Program-made: the position numbers and the translations under genes | Notes under the pieces: generated by a model | The model's input: only the letters and a program-made list of their open reading frames with translations | Told to the model about the DNA's origin: nothing | The model's database searches: none | DNA from: the human T2T-CHM13v2.0 reference genome, Homo sapiens | Reading direction: 5' to 3' (one strand) | Assembly (NCBI RefSeq): GCF_009914755.1 | Contig: NC_060947.1 | DNA: 64,000 nt | In this document: positions 42,492 through 63,339 of the stretch, one piece after another | How positions within the stretch are numbered: the stretch's first letter is position 1 | Layout: each line of letters starts with the position of its first letter

Positions 42492-43604
42492 CGTTGCGGG
42501 AAGTCAGGGACCCCAAACAGAGGGACCAGCTGAAGCCATGGCGGAAGAACATAAATTTTGCAGATTTCATGGACATTTATTAGATCCCCAAATTAATACT
42601 TTTATAATTGCTTATGCCTGTCTTTACTGCAATCTCTGAACATAAACTGTGAAGATTTCATGGACATTTATCACTTCCCCAGTCACTACCCTTGTGATTT
42701 CCTATGCCTGTCTTTACTTTAATCTCTTAATCCGGTCATTTTCATAAGCTGAGGAGGCTGTATGTCACCTCAGGACCCTGCGATGATTGCATTAACTGCA
42801 CAAATTGTTTGTAGAGCATGTGTGTTTGAACAATATGAAATATGGGCACCTTGAAAAAAGAACAGGATAACAGCAATGTTCAGGGAACAAAAGAGATAAC
42901 CTTAAACTCTGACCGCTGATGAGCCGAGCGGAACAGAGCCATATTTCTCATCTTTCCAAAGCAAATGGGAGAAATATCACTGAATTCTTTTTCTCAGCAA
43001 GGAACATCCCTGAGAAAGAGAATGCATCCCCGAGGGGAAGCCTCTGAAATGGCCGCTTTGGTGGCAGCTGTCTTCTATGGTTGAAACTGTAGGGATGAAA
43101 TAAGCCCCAGTCTCCCATAGCACTCCCAGGCTTATTAAGACGAGGAAATTCCCGCCTAATAAATTTTGGTCAGATTTGGTTGTCTGCTTTCAAACCCTGT
43201 CTCCTGATAAGGTGTTATCAATGACAATGTGTGCCGAAACTTCATTAGCGATTTTAATTTCGCCCCAGTCCTGTGGTCCTGTGATCTCGCCCTGCCTCCA
43301 TTTGCCTTGTGATATTCTATTACCTTGTGAAGCATGTGATCTCTGTGACCCACACCCTATTCGTACACTCCCTCCCCTTTTGAAAATCACTAATAAAAAC
43401 TTGCTGGTTTTACGGCTCAGGGGGCATCATGGAACCTGCCGACATGGGATGTCTCCCCCGGACACCCAGCTTTAAAATTTCTCTCTTTTGTACTCTGTCC
43501 CTTTATTTCTCAGACCAGCTGACACTTAGGGAAAATAGAAAAGAACCTACGTGAAATATCGGGGGTGAATTTCACCTGATATCTGGCTGAATTTCCCCCC
43601 GATA
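42492..43604 (+). mobile_element. MER11A solo LTR (HERV-K11/HML-8 family)
   Basis: Starts (t>c)gttgcgggaagtcagggacccc and ends ctggctgaatttccccccgata. Internal duplication aacataaa...gatttcatggacatttat, AATAAA at ~43392, 6-bp TSD ttctag / ttctaa. Confidence 0.92.
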
Positions 43605-43958
43605 TTCTAATACCTTTGCATTTCCATGAAGATTTTGGAACGGATTTCTGTTTTTTTTTCCTAGTATAATTTTGATTGGAATTGCATTAAATGTAGAGAT
43701 CAATTTGGGGGAATGGACATATTAACAATATTGTATTTCCATTCCAGGAGTACACTATTTCTCTGTATTTAATCTTAAATTTCTCTTAGAAATGTATTTA
43801 GTGTGGGGGTTTATCATAACTTTTATTACATTTACTCCTAGGTGGTTTATATTGTGATGCTATTGTTAAAGACATTTGTTATTTATTTCCAATTGTTTAT
43901 TGCTGGAATATAGAAATATAATTGCTATTTGCATATTGACCTTGTATCATGGCATTTT

Positions 43959-44136
43959 TTTTTAATTTATTATTATTATACTTTAAGTTTTAGGGTACAT
44001 GTGCACAATGTGCAGGTTAGTTACATATGTATACATGTGCCATTCTGGTGCACTGCACCCACTAACTTGTCATCTAGCATTAGGTATATCTCCCAATGCT
44101 ATCCCTCCCCCCTCCCCCCACCCCACAACAGTCCCC
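43959..44136 (-). mobile_element. Severely 5'-truncated young L1 (L1PA2-like) 3' end, TSD ggcatttt
   Basis: ttattatactttaagttttagggtacatgtgcacaatgtgcagg...catctagcattagg...ccccacaacagtcccc; TSD at 43951-43958 and 44137-44144. Confidence 0.92.
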
Positions 44137-44175
44137 GGCATTTTGTTAAATTTACCTATTTACAAATTCCGTTAG

Positions 44176-44178
<3 letters not shown>

Positions 44179-44213
<35 letters not shown>
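44179..44213 (+). repeat. (TG)n microsatellite
   Basis: Directly visible. Confidence 0.95.
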
Positions 44214-44216
<3 letters not shown>

Positions 44217-45194
44217 AGAGAAAGGGAGAGAATTTTCTTTGAATTCTTCTTAGAATTTTCTTTGTGGAGTTATATTCTCTGTGAATAAAGACAATTTTTC
44301 ATTTTCCTTTCTAGCCTGTACGCTTTTAATTTCTTCTTGTTTTATTCCTCTGGCTATGACCTCCAGTACAATATTGAGTGGAAATGGTACGAGTGAATAT
44401 CCTTGCCTTGTTCCTGATCTTAGGGGGAAAATATTCGTATGTTTTATCAGATTGAGAATGTTTCTGTCTATTCTTTGTTTCCTGGAAGCATTTGTAATGA
44501 ATGAATGCTGATTTTTGTCAAATGCTTCTTAAAATTCTATTGAGATAATCACATGATTTTTCTTCTTTATTCTTTTAACTTGGTAAAATACAATGATTGC
44601 TTTTTGAATGTTAAATCAGCCTTGCATTCATATTATAAACTTTACTTGGGCATGGTGTCTTAACATTTAATATATTGTTGGATTCAATTTGCTAGTATTT
44701 TATTGAGGATTTTTTGCACTCATAATCATGAAGAATGTTATATTTTTTATTTCTTAAAAAAATTTTATTGGCCTTATAAAATGACTTAGGAAGTGTTCCA
44801 CCTCCTGTTTTCTGAAATGATTTGTATATGATTGGTTTTATTTCTTATCTAGAGTTTGAAAGAATACACCATCAAAATTATTTAAGCCTGTATATTAATT
44901 TGTGGGCAGTTTTTAAAAATATATACATTAAAATTGTCTAGGAGACATGTGTTGTTAAGATTGTATATACCTTCTTAAGTCAGTTTTGGTAAATTTTGTT
45001 TTCCAGAAATGTGTCCATTTGATCTATATTATAAAATTAATTGGCATAAATTTGTTTATAATATTTGCTTATTACCCTTTTAAAATATGTTGAAATTTTG
45101 GTGATAACCTCTCTTTCATTATTATTATTAAAATTTTATATTTTCTCTTTTTCCTTGATTAGTCTTACTTTGAATTTTTCAATTGTGTTAAACT

Positions 45195-46959
45195 CTAACC
45201 ACTAACATCCTCTATTATCCACCTGAAGGGCTGCAGTGGCACACTGCTAGCTGGACCCAAAAGTTCTGTGGAGTCCCCAGTACTCTAGCCCACAAGGAAT
45301 ATTACTCCCTGGGGAAAGGAGACTGCAGTGCAACAAAAAGGGAGCCCCTGGGACAAAAGAATCCAAAGCATTAACTTTTCACACCCTGAGAGCTCCTTGT
45401 TGAGGGGCTTGAGAAGTGATCCTGCCCCAGCAGTGGAACAAACACTGTGGTCAGCTTTGCAAGGAGAGCAAAATCCTCTTCCACAGGTAGAACAGCTTCT
45501 GTGCTTGGGCTCATGTGTAGAGAATGGGGTCCCTCCTCCCCATCTGCAGCATTAGACGTATCATCTAGACAGAAAATACATTTTTAAAATAAGTTTTAGG
45601 CTGGACTTTAGACCAAATGGACATAACAGGTATTTACAGAACATTTTATTCAACAACTACAGAGTATACATTCTTTGCATCAGCACATGGAACGTTCTCC
45701 ATTATAGACCATATGTTGAACCACCAAACATTTCTCAACATATTTTTAAAAATCAAAATTATATCAAGTATCTTTTCGGGCCACAATGGAATAAAACAAG
45801 AAACCAATACCAAGAAGAACTATACAAATACATGGAAATTAAATGCTCCTGAATGATCACTGGATCAATGAAGATACTAAGATGAAAATCAAGCATTTCT
45901 TGAAACAAATGAAAATGGAAATACAAAAATACAAAAACAAATGAAAATGGAAATATAAAATATCAAAACCTGTAGGAAACAGAAAAGCTGTGCTAAGAAG
46001 GACATTTATAACAATACATGCCTATATCAAAAAGGTAGAAAGATTACAAATCAACAATCTAACAATGTACCTTAAGGAAGTCGCAAAGCAAGAACAAACA
46101 ATACCGCAAATCAGCAGAAGAAAAGAAATAACAAAAATCAGAGCAAAACTAAATGAAATAGAGACTAAAAAACAATACTAATGATACATGACATAAAAGT
46201 TGATTCTTCAAAAAGATAAAATTGATAAATCACTAGCTAGACTAGCCACGAAAAGAAAAGAGAAGACCCAAATAAGAAAAATCATAAATAAAAAAGGAGA
46301 TATTATAACTGATACTTCAGAAACGCAAAAGTATCATCAGAGACTATCATGCATGTCTACATACAAACAAACTGGAAAACCTAGAGGAAATGGATAAATT
46401 CCTGGAAACGTAAAACTTACCAAGACTGAATTAGGAAGAAATATAAAACCTGAATACACCAGTAACAAGTAGCAAGACTGAATCAGTAATAAAACATCTC
46501 CCAAGAAATAAAAGCCCAGGATCAGATGGATTTCAAGCCAAACTTTACTAAACATACAAAGAAGAACTATACCAATCCTCTTGAAACTATTTCAAAAAAT
46601 CAAAGAGGAGGGAATTATTTCTAACTCATTCTTGAAGAAAGGCCAACATCACACCGATACCAAAACCAGACAAGGACACAATGGAAAAAGAAAACTATAG
46701 GCTAATTTCCCTAATTAACATAGATGCAAACATCCTCAACAAAATATTAACAAACTGAATACAACAATATGTCAAAAAGGTAATATACCACAGTCAAGTG
46801 AGATTAATATCAGGGATGCAAGGATGGTCCAAAATATGCAAATCAATAAATGTGCTACATCACATCAACCAAATGAAGGACAAAAAGTACATTATCATCT
46901 CAACAGGTGAAGAAAAAGCTCGTGATAAAATTCATCATCACTTTATGACAAAAACTCTC
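45195..46959 (+). mobile_element. Older L1 (L1MA-type), 5' part: putative 5'UTR fragment plus degraded ORF2 (EN end to RT start)
   Basis: ORF fragments MDITGIYRTFY..., ...[17 protein letters not shown] and ...[14 protein letters not shown] are ORF2p homologues with many stops. Confidence 0.85.
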
Positions 46960-53352
<6,393 letters not shown>

Positions 53353-53389
53353 TAAAGTAAATTTATACTTTATATATTACATGTAATAT

Positions 53390-53610
53390 AGATTTTGTAT
53401 TTTTTATTTGAAATGCTTGGGACTAGAAGTGTTTTGGATTTTGACTTTTTAAAAAAAATGTTGAAATATTTGCATTATTCTTCTCAGTTAAGCATCCCTA
53501 ATAGGAAAATCCTCAATCTGAATTTTGAGCATCATGTTGGCGCTGAAAGTGTTTTGGATTTTGGAGCATTTTGGATTTTGGATTTTTTGATTAGAGATTC
53601 TTTACCTATA
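53390..53610. mobile_element. Tigger4/Zombi-family DNA transposon fragment
   Basis: gaaatgcttgggactagaagtgttttggatttt...tgagcatcatgttggcgctgaaagtgttttggattttggagcattttggatttt. Confidence 0.7.
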
Positions 53611-54317
53611 TATTATATATTTCAATCATTGTACTTTTCAGTTCTAGAATTTTCTTTTATTTCTTTTTCTTATTTTTATGCTGATATTTTCTATTTGTTC
53701 ACTGCTTAAGACCTCCTTTTCTTAATTCTTTGAATAGATTTTTAATTACTGCTTTAATGCTATCTGCTAAATCCAATTTCTGAACTGTCTGATCATTTTG
53801 TATTGATTGCTTTTTTCTTGATTATGGGTCATATTTTCCCATTTACTTTTTATATCTAGTAAATTTTGATTGTATAATAAGCATTGTGAATGATACATTT
53901 TTGAGTCTCTAAATTCTGTTATGTTTCTCTGAAGAGAGTCAATTTTTGTTCTGTGTGATCTGCTTGGTCGCCTTGAACTTATTTGGCTCGGCTTTATTCT
54001 GTGTTTAGGGGGATCTGTGAAAGCCAAAGGTGTTTCACATGCCCATCTCACTTAGAACTCAGTTTTCAAACACTTTCTACCCTCCAGAATTCATCAAGGC
54101 TTAGTGTGAGAGCTGGTTTTGGTGGGGTTAGAGTAGGCCTCACTCAAGGAAGTGAATCTGAGGTATACCTTGTGTGCTTTCTTAGTCAGAGACATGTACT
54201 TCCTGTTTTCTAATGCCTGAAAACAGTTGTCTTATATATTTTGTACAGTTTTATGGTTGTTAGTAACTGAACTGCTTGTCTAGTACCAGTTACTCTATAA
54301 CAACTGAAAGCTACAAC

Positions 54318-55300
54318 TTAGGGTTTCAAAAGATCATTCTGGCTACTATCATGGACTATAGGAGGGCAGAGTGGCATCAGAGAGAACAGTAAGGAGGGAT
54401 GATGATGGTTTGGTCCAGGATGCTAGCAATATAGATGTTAAGAAATCACTGGATTCTGGATATATTTTAAAGTCGTTTGCAATAGCATTTCTTGATAGAT
54501 TCTATTGAAAGCCAAAGAGCAAGAATAATGCTAAGGTCGTTGGCTTGAGCAACTTGGAGTTTGAAATTCCCATCAACTAACATAGGGAGGGCTGTGGATG
54601 GAGCAAATTTTGAGAGTTAATCAGAAGTTCAGCTTTGAACATATTTAGTTTGGATTGTCTATTAAACTCCCAAGTGTAGATGTTGAATGGAATTTGTATA
54701 TATGAGTGTGTCGTTTGTAAGAGAAGACTGAACTAAAGATACAAATACGAAAGTTAGTGGTATACAGATATTTAAAACCAAGAGAATGGAAATGAGCATA
54801 GACAGAAGTGGGTCTGTGTTTTCTGGATTGCCCCAACAAGAAAAGTTCATGCCAAAGAGTAAGAATAAGAAAAGGAACCTGAGCCATCACTGCAGTAGTA
54901 GGAAAACCAAGATTGCATGTTAACTTGGAAACCAAGTTACGAAAGTATTTCAAGAAGGAGGCTATGATTGACAGTGACAGATGCTTTTTGATAGGCCATG
55001 TAGGATAAATACTGAGACTTAATAGTTATAGTTATATAAAGGTCATTATTGACCTCTTCAAGAGCAGTTCCAATGGAGAGAGAGAGAGAAAGAGAGAGAG
55101 AAATTGATCTACTGTGGAAGAACAAAGATAGATTTTAGGTATAATCATGGGGAGTTAGTTTATAGTAATAGGCATAAGACAGAATATATAGGTACAGTTG
55201 TAGGGAGTAGATATAATGAGGGTAGTATATAGAAATTCTCTTCTGATTACTTCTATTTTTCTGAGTGAAGCAGGAAGTATAGTCACTATTTATGAGAGTG
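54318..55300 (-). mobile_element. L2, second half of the element broken at 36957
   Basis: Resumes gtttcaaaagatcattctggctact, the L2 sequence expected right after catgatctg. Confidence 0.65.
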
Positions 55301-58004
55301 AAGCCAGGCACAAGTAATGTTGCAGGCTACCTGCGAACCAGAGTCATTTGAGGCCCATAGTGGCATTCCAAGCTTTCTATAAGGTTGCATCGGCTTTAGC
55401 ATCAGCTCAGAGTGCCAAAGGAGGAAAAGATGAGGGATTTCATGACATTAAGGACTGTACCAAGATCTGAGACCTTCCTTCTACAGTTATGTAGGGTTCC
55501 TGTAGGTAACTTAGCACCCACTCAGAAGGTGTTGCTGAGTGGCTAGCATTATGTGAGTGTTAGGATGTCTGCCTCCCTTGGTGCTACAGCTGCTACAGAA
55601 TTGGCAGAGGTAGAGCCTTGCCAGGCAGAAGCACACTTGAATGGCTGGTGATGGCCTCAGGGCTGGCCCTATGACCAGAATGGCTGAATCCTGGCCCATC
55701 AAGTCTGCAGCAAAGAGCAGCTTTTCCCTGAGGCATCAGCTTGCCCTGTGGTGTACCCGGGTAAGCTTTAAAAAAGGCAGTAAGAGGTGTGTATGTGCAC
55801 TCATGGGACTTCTCCAAGACACTATAAACATGTAGCAAAACATATGCCTGGCAGTCTCCATTGGTCCCAGGGGTGAGGGGGAAAATATCATCGAAATCAA
55901 ACCTTACAAAGGAAGACACTGGATCTGAGTTAATTGCTGAGAAGAGGGTGGGGGCAAGGCTGGAGTCCATTTTGCTACCATTTTGGTAGCAAAACAGGGC
56001 CTTTTAAATTTAATTTTTAAATATTCTCAGTTTCTCTGGTTAAAAAAATTGTGCTTATTGTATAAAATTTACAACATATCAAAACATATAGAGAAAAATA
56101 AAATCACTGCAATCTCATCACTCAGATAAAAACACTGTTGCAAGGCATTTTGTATATACACATAAAAATGTTTATGCAAATGTGAGATCAGACTGTATTT
56201 ACGAGGTTGCATCCTGAGTTTTTTACTTGACATTATATGATAACTGATTGGAAAATCAGCATTTGACAATTATTTAAGTCTTGGAAAGTATAAAAATGTA
56301 AAAGATGAAAATAACAGCTAATCTCTCCATCTAAGGATAACCACTGTGGGTGGCCAATTTTAAGTGGCAAAACCTTCCTGTGTCTAGTTTATTCTTAGAT
56401 AATCAGATTCAGTAGTGTTTAGTTCTTTTCCTGTCTCTCAATACTAAGGGGATTTAAAGCACTCCCATGTATGGTTTACAAGGTCCCCTCTCTAATCTAG
56501 TTCTATCTCCTTGTTTTACAGACAAAAACTAAAACCCAGAAAAGTTAACTACAGCTCATGTTGCTACATCCAGCTACTTTCTCCTCTGAAATGGACAATC
56601 TCTATTGCTACCTCCCCTCAGCTTCTCTGCCAACCCCACCACTAGCGCAAATGCCCTGAGTGACATGACAAGAGTCTAAGGAAGTCCAATTAGCCTGGAG
56701 TGGCAGAATGAAGGGCAGCTCCTAGGGAACGCGGGAGGTAACAGAGTGAGGCTGCTTATTTGATTGGACAGAAGGCCCTGAGTTCTTTCAACAGGAGAGA
56801 GAACTCGTTCATTCAATTATTCATTTTTTTCATTTGTGGTGGGAGGAAAACAATTGTTATTTTAAGAGCTGGCTGTGGTTTTGTGTTGGCCCTGGAGGAA
56901 AGCTGAATTTTATTAGAAAAAAAGATCCTTTCTGTCTAAAATAATCTTATTAGGGCCACATGGCCATGAAAAGCAGAGCCAGTGAGCACAGAGGAGGTGG
57001 AAGAGGTGAGATCAACAAGAATTAAAATTCTTGGCATGATGAAGTAACAGGTGTTTCCCTGTCCTCTGGTGAGCCAGAAAAAATGAAGTTTAGAAACTCT
57101 AGAACTGATGGGGAACCTTGGAGAGAGAAGGAAGAACTTTAGAGAAGACAACAAAGTAGCAAACAGGAATATAGGCTGAGGATGGCAATGATACTGTACA
57201 TTCCTTGGGGCCACATGAGAGTCAGGTTTCATATTAATTCTAGAGTGTAATTGTGTTGGATTAAAATCCCTCTCTGCTACCCCCAACCCTGTCAAGAATT
57301 CATCATCATTTTCACCACTGTGATATTAATTGAGCGTGTACTACATGCAGTCACTGTCCTGTTTCATGTACATTATACCATTTAACCCTTGTAATAACTC
57401 CTTGTATCAATATTCCCATTTCTTCAGATGAGGAACCAAGTATGTAGCTAAGTAACTTGTTCAAAGTCAACCAGTTAGTAATGGTTTCAGGCAGGACCTA
57501 AGTTCAAGTCTGCACTGTCAAACAGTAATCTTCATATTTTTGTCATTGCCCATCCCATCAGTTAAATGTTTTTGGTCATCTATCACAAATACATGAATAT
57601 TTATTTATATCCTTTTTGAATTCTAAAAAGGATAATATGAAGATGAGCTAAATAATACCTATAAATATCTTACAAATTCTGATGGCTTTACCCTGCAATC
57701 TGCTAATTTCTCAAGGCATGATATACACTTCATGCAAGGTTCATCATTAACAATAGTGATGAAATGTTACGTTTCATATTATCTTGAAAATTTCAACGTT
57801 TTACAAATTTTTGTCACATCTGATTACCTTGTCATGTATAAAAGGTTTGTTCCTAGGTTGGTTGAAGGGTCTGCCGTGTCATTTTCTTGTCATTCATTTA
57901 TGCTAGCATTGTTGGTGTTATCTTCAATCTGCTGTTTCTTTGCAAGAAACTTTTAAAGGTACTTATCTACTTTGTGAGGGTGAATTGAGTTAAAAGTGGG
58001 CAAG

Positions 58005-58947
58005 TTTTTTATTTTAGCCATTCTAATGAGTGTGACTTGGTATCTCATTGTGATTTTGATTGACATTTCCCTATAAAAGAATATTGAGCATCTTTTTACA
58101 GTTTTCTGCCCACTTGTATATTGTCTTTGGAGAAATATCTACTCAGATCCCTCAATCATTTTTTAGCAAGGTAATTTATCTTTTTTGAATTCTAAGAGTT
58201 TATTTTATATTCTAATACACGTCCTTATCAGATATATAATTTGCAAATATTTTCTCTCATTCTGTGTGTTGGCAAAAATGTGAAGAAATTTGAACTCTCA
58301 TACATTGCTGGTGGGATTATAAAATGGTGCAGTTGCTTTGGGAAATAGTTTGATGGTTAATCAAAGGGGTAGATATAGTTTTGCCATATGACCCAGCAAT
58401 CGCACTCCCAGGTATCTACCCAAGAGAAATGAAAACATATGTCCACACAGGAACTTGTACGTTAATGTTCATAACAGTGCCACTCATAACTGCAAAATGG
58501 TGAAAATAGCCCAAATGTTAATCAGCTGATGAATAGATAAACAAAATGTGATATATCTATACAAAGGAATATTACCCAGCCATAAAAATGAATGTGTTAC
58601 TGATTCATGTTACAATATGGATACTCCTTGAAAACATGGTGCTAAGGGAAAGAAAGACCACATATTGTATGATTCTGTTTCTATTAAATGCTCAAAATAA
58701 GTAAATCCATACAGAAAGGGAATAGTTTAGTGATTGCCTAAGGATGGGAGGACAGTTGGGTGGAAATGGGAAGTGACTGCTAATGGGCACAGTGTCTCTT
58801 TTTGGGGTGATGAAAATGTTCTGGGATTAAATAGTAGTGATGGTAGCACAGCTCTGTGAATACATTAAGAACCACTAAATTCTATACATTAAAGGGATGA
58901 ATTTTATGATCAGTGAATTATATTTCAATAAAGCTGTCATGAAAAAG
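58005..58947 (+). mobile_element. L1MB-like 3' element with inverted 5' segment (58005-58266 antisense)
   Basis: Antisense piece followed directly by the adjacent sense piece; ends caataaagctg...aaaaa. Confidence 0.82.
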
Positions 58948-59802
58948 AATTGGTCTGTAAATCCATTTAACTCAGCACCCATGACCTGCTCAAAATGCTG
59001 ACACACAGTCATGATGGCCCTATGTCAATGCTAGAACATTGTTCATCTTCCTTCTTATCTTAGGGTACCTCTCACATAGCATAAGACTCAGGACTGTATG
59101 TCACGCAGTTGGGCAAAATGAGACAGGACAATATATCAACATGTATGCTACCTATTAAAAAGGTAAGTTTCTGTCCCATTTTGTAAATTTAAAGACAAAG
59201 AAACAAACTGTAATGTCTTCTTTATCAGACCACGATAAATCACTCCCATGCAACTCACATTGGAGGCTACTTTTCTAAAACCACTATGCTCTAGCAATGC
59301 CCTGAATTTGTTTCCAGTAAAAGCTAGTTTACACACTACTCAAATTCCCAAGAAGAGGTAGCAATTAAACATACAAGGAAGAGAAGTGATAATTGATATG
59401 GGCAGGACTATGAGAAATTGAGACCAAGTATGATCCAAGACAAGGTGGGAGGGATTCCACCAAGAAAAAAGATGGTCACTTCCTCTAACATACACGAAGG
59501 GAACAAGTAAAGATGGGTGCTGACATAGGTAGTTTTATAGGTTTGATATCTACAACACAAGGAAATTTCTTTCTGATGATTTCTACTTTATGTGCATAAA
59601 CTAGGGAGTGAGGTTCCTATGCTGTTGGTGAGACGGAGTTAGGGTAGAGAATTAAAGATTTCAGGATGGTAGATAAGGTATGAAATAATTGTTGTGGATG
59701 AATGAGAGGATAAGTTGATCAGAGGTATGCTGGAGAATTGCCAGGCAGCGTGGGAGAACCGTTTGAAGTTAATAATCATGCATTTTGAATGAAATCATCT
59801 AT

Positions 59803-60323
<521 letters not shown>

Positions 60324-61716
60324 TAGTTCACGCAGAGTTTGAATGACAAACATTGAGAAGCAAGAGAGTTTAGGCAAGGCATTGGCAATGGTGTAAACGG
60401 ATGAGCCAAGCAATCCAAATAGGAAAAAGTGTCAGGCAGAGAAAGAAAAGGGTTGACAAACTGGCAACAACAAAAGAGTCAATGGTTTGTGAGTCCCAAC
60501 ATTGTGAAGAATGATCATGGTGAAGAGTAGAGCAAGCAATTCAGAAGGAGGGAAGTTTGTTGTCAAAGAGTGGGATGCTTGAAGTACTGGTTCTGGAGGT
60601 TGGACAATAACAGGAAATAACAAGGTCTACAATGTGACTGTGAGAGTAGGTGGCTGAGATAAAGTGAAAAGAGGGTCTTTGGAAGTAAGGGAATTAAGGA
60701 ACTGAAAAATTAGGGTGTTGGATGAATTAGCCACATACGTGGACGCTGAAGTCATCCAAAATGATGGTAGAGCTTAAGGTGCAGCAGAACACTGTGAGCC
60801 AGGTGCCAAGTACTCAATAAATGGGAGTATTGTGGCCAGGACATTAGAAAAAGATCTGTGGGTTAGAAAAGTAAGGAAGGAGAGACTGTGTTGTACCTGG
60901 ATTACATAGGACTCAAATAAATGGACGTTTCTTTATTATTCTGTTTTGTTTTACAAAAAGATGGAGGAGTCAGGTTCTGAAGCAAAAAGGACACCAATGC
61001 CATTTTTAGACCCTGAGATACATGAGATGTGAGAAAATAAACAACCTCAGCTTGCATTTAAGAGAGCTATAGGGAAGGAGTATTCTCAGAGGAAGCCTGA
61101 AAGACATATTGACAAGCACTGGAGGGAGAGATAGCAAAAGAGAGGTAGGAAAACCATACAAATTAGCAATGAGAATGCAAACAGCGTAATAAATTATGAG
61201 CATTTTGAGCAGGAGCAAGCGTCATACCTCTGGAGCCTCTGTATCACGGTAAATGAATATTACACACTCTGAGTCATACACTGCAGGTTCTATTTGCTTC
61301 TCTAAATGTATAGTAGGAATCCTCACCACTACAGAGATAAAGAAATAAAACCTAGAGAGGAAAATGAACTTGTCCAACATTCTTCAGAGAGTCAGTGTCA
61401 GATTCACAGGGCAAGACATTGCCCCTATGGTGGGACACCTCCCTGTATCCTTTCCAGCGGTTCTTGAAGAATGCTGTAAGCCTTAATCACCACTTTCATT
61501 TATTTTCTGGCTACCAGGAAATGAGATGTGCACAGGTATGGTAAGGATGGGGGCAGATATGCTTTGTGGTTCCTTTAGTCTGCTCTCTAAGAGCAGACTT
61601 CTTGAAGTGAATCAGCTTCTGGTTCAACTCACCAGATTTTTGATCCAGAAAGTAAAGAGCCAAGAACCAGGAAAGCCTTGGACCCTTTCATGGCTGGCTG
61701 ATTCTGGTGAGGCAGG

Positions 61717-62619
<903 letters not shown>

Positions 62620-63339
62620 CAGGGCCGGAAGAGGAAACACTCAGTTCTATCCTCCCACTAGTCTCATCCCCTACCACATACTTCCATCCTGTGTTCCAGA
62701 CATACAGGACTTCTGTCTGTACTCTGAGCGTACCTTTCACTCGTCTGCCACCATGCCTTTGCTCTTGTTATTCCATCCACTTGAGCTGCCATTCTCATCT
62801 CCCCATCTGAATTCTCACTCACCACTCAAGGACCAACTTGAAAGTCAGCTCCCTTATGCCTCTTTTACTGATCACCTTGGAGGAATTAATACCTCATTTT
62901 CCCTGCTCCCATTAGCCATTTGCTTACCTCCTTCATCTAGCACATTTTCCAGTTGTCTATCTCTATTCTTAGACTGTGAGCAAAAGCTAGTCTTATTCAC
63001 TTTGGCATCTCCTGTAGTGTCACAGATGTTGCCCAAGTGGGTTTCCAAATTGTGTTAAGGATAGGAAAGAGACCCTGATGGAACAAGCCCCACTCCCTAG
63101 AGAGAAAAAAGCTCAGTTAGGGTAAAGTGGAAACTATGGCATGGTGATACCAAGTTTACCTGGTAGTCTATTTCCAGGAGTAGCAGAGCATCTGTGCACA
63201 GGGATGATTCTCATGGGCAAGGAATATGAAGAGCTTTCCCTAAGACCTGAATACACAGCAAAGACCAGGGAGATTCTTGAAGAAGTGGGTTCCTCAGCGA
63301 AGAGATTTCTTCTTTATTTCTTTCTTCTGAAAATCTGCC

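Noticed and set aside
42548-42720. ~90-bp direct repeat (aacataaa...gatttcatggacatttat...atgcctgtctttact)
   Set aside because: Intrinsic feature of the MER11 consensus, not locus-specific and not a CRISPR-like array.
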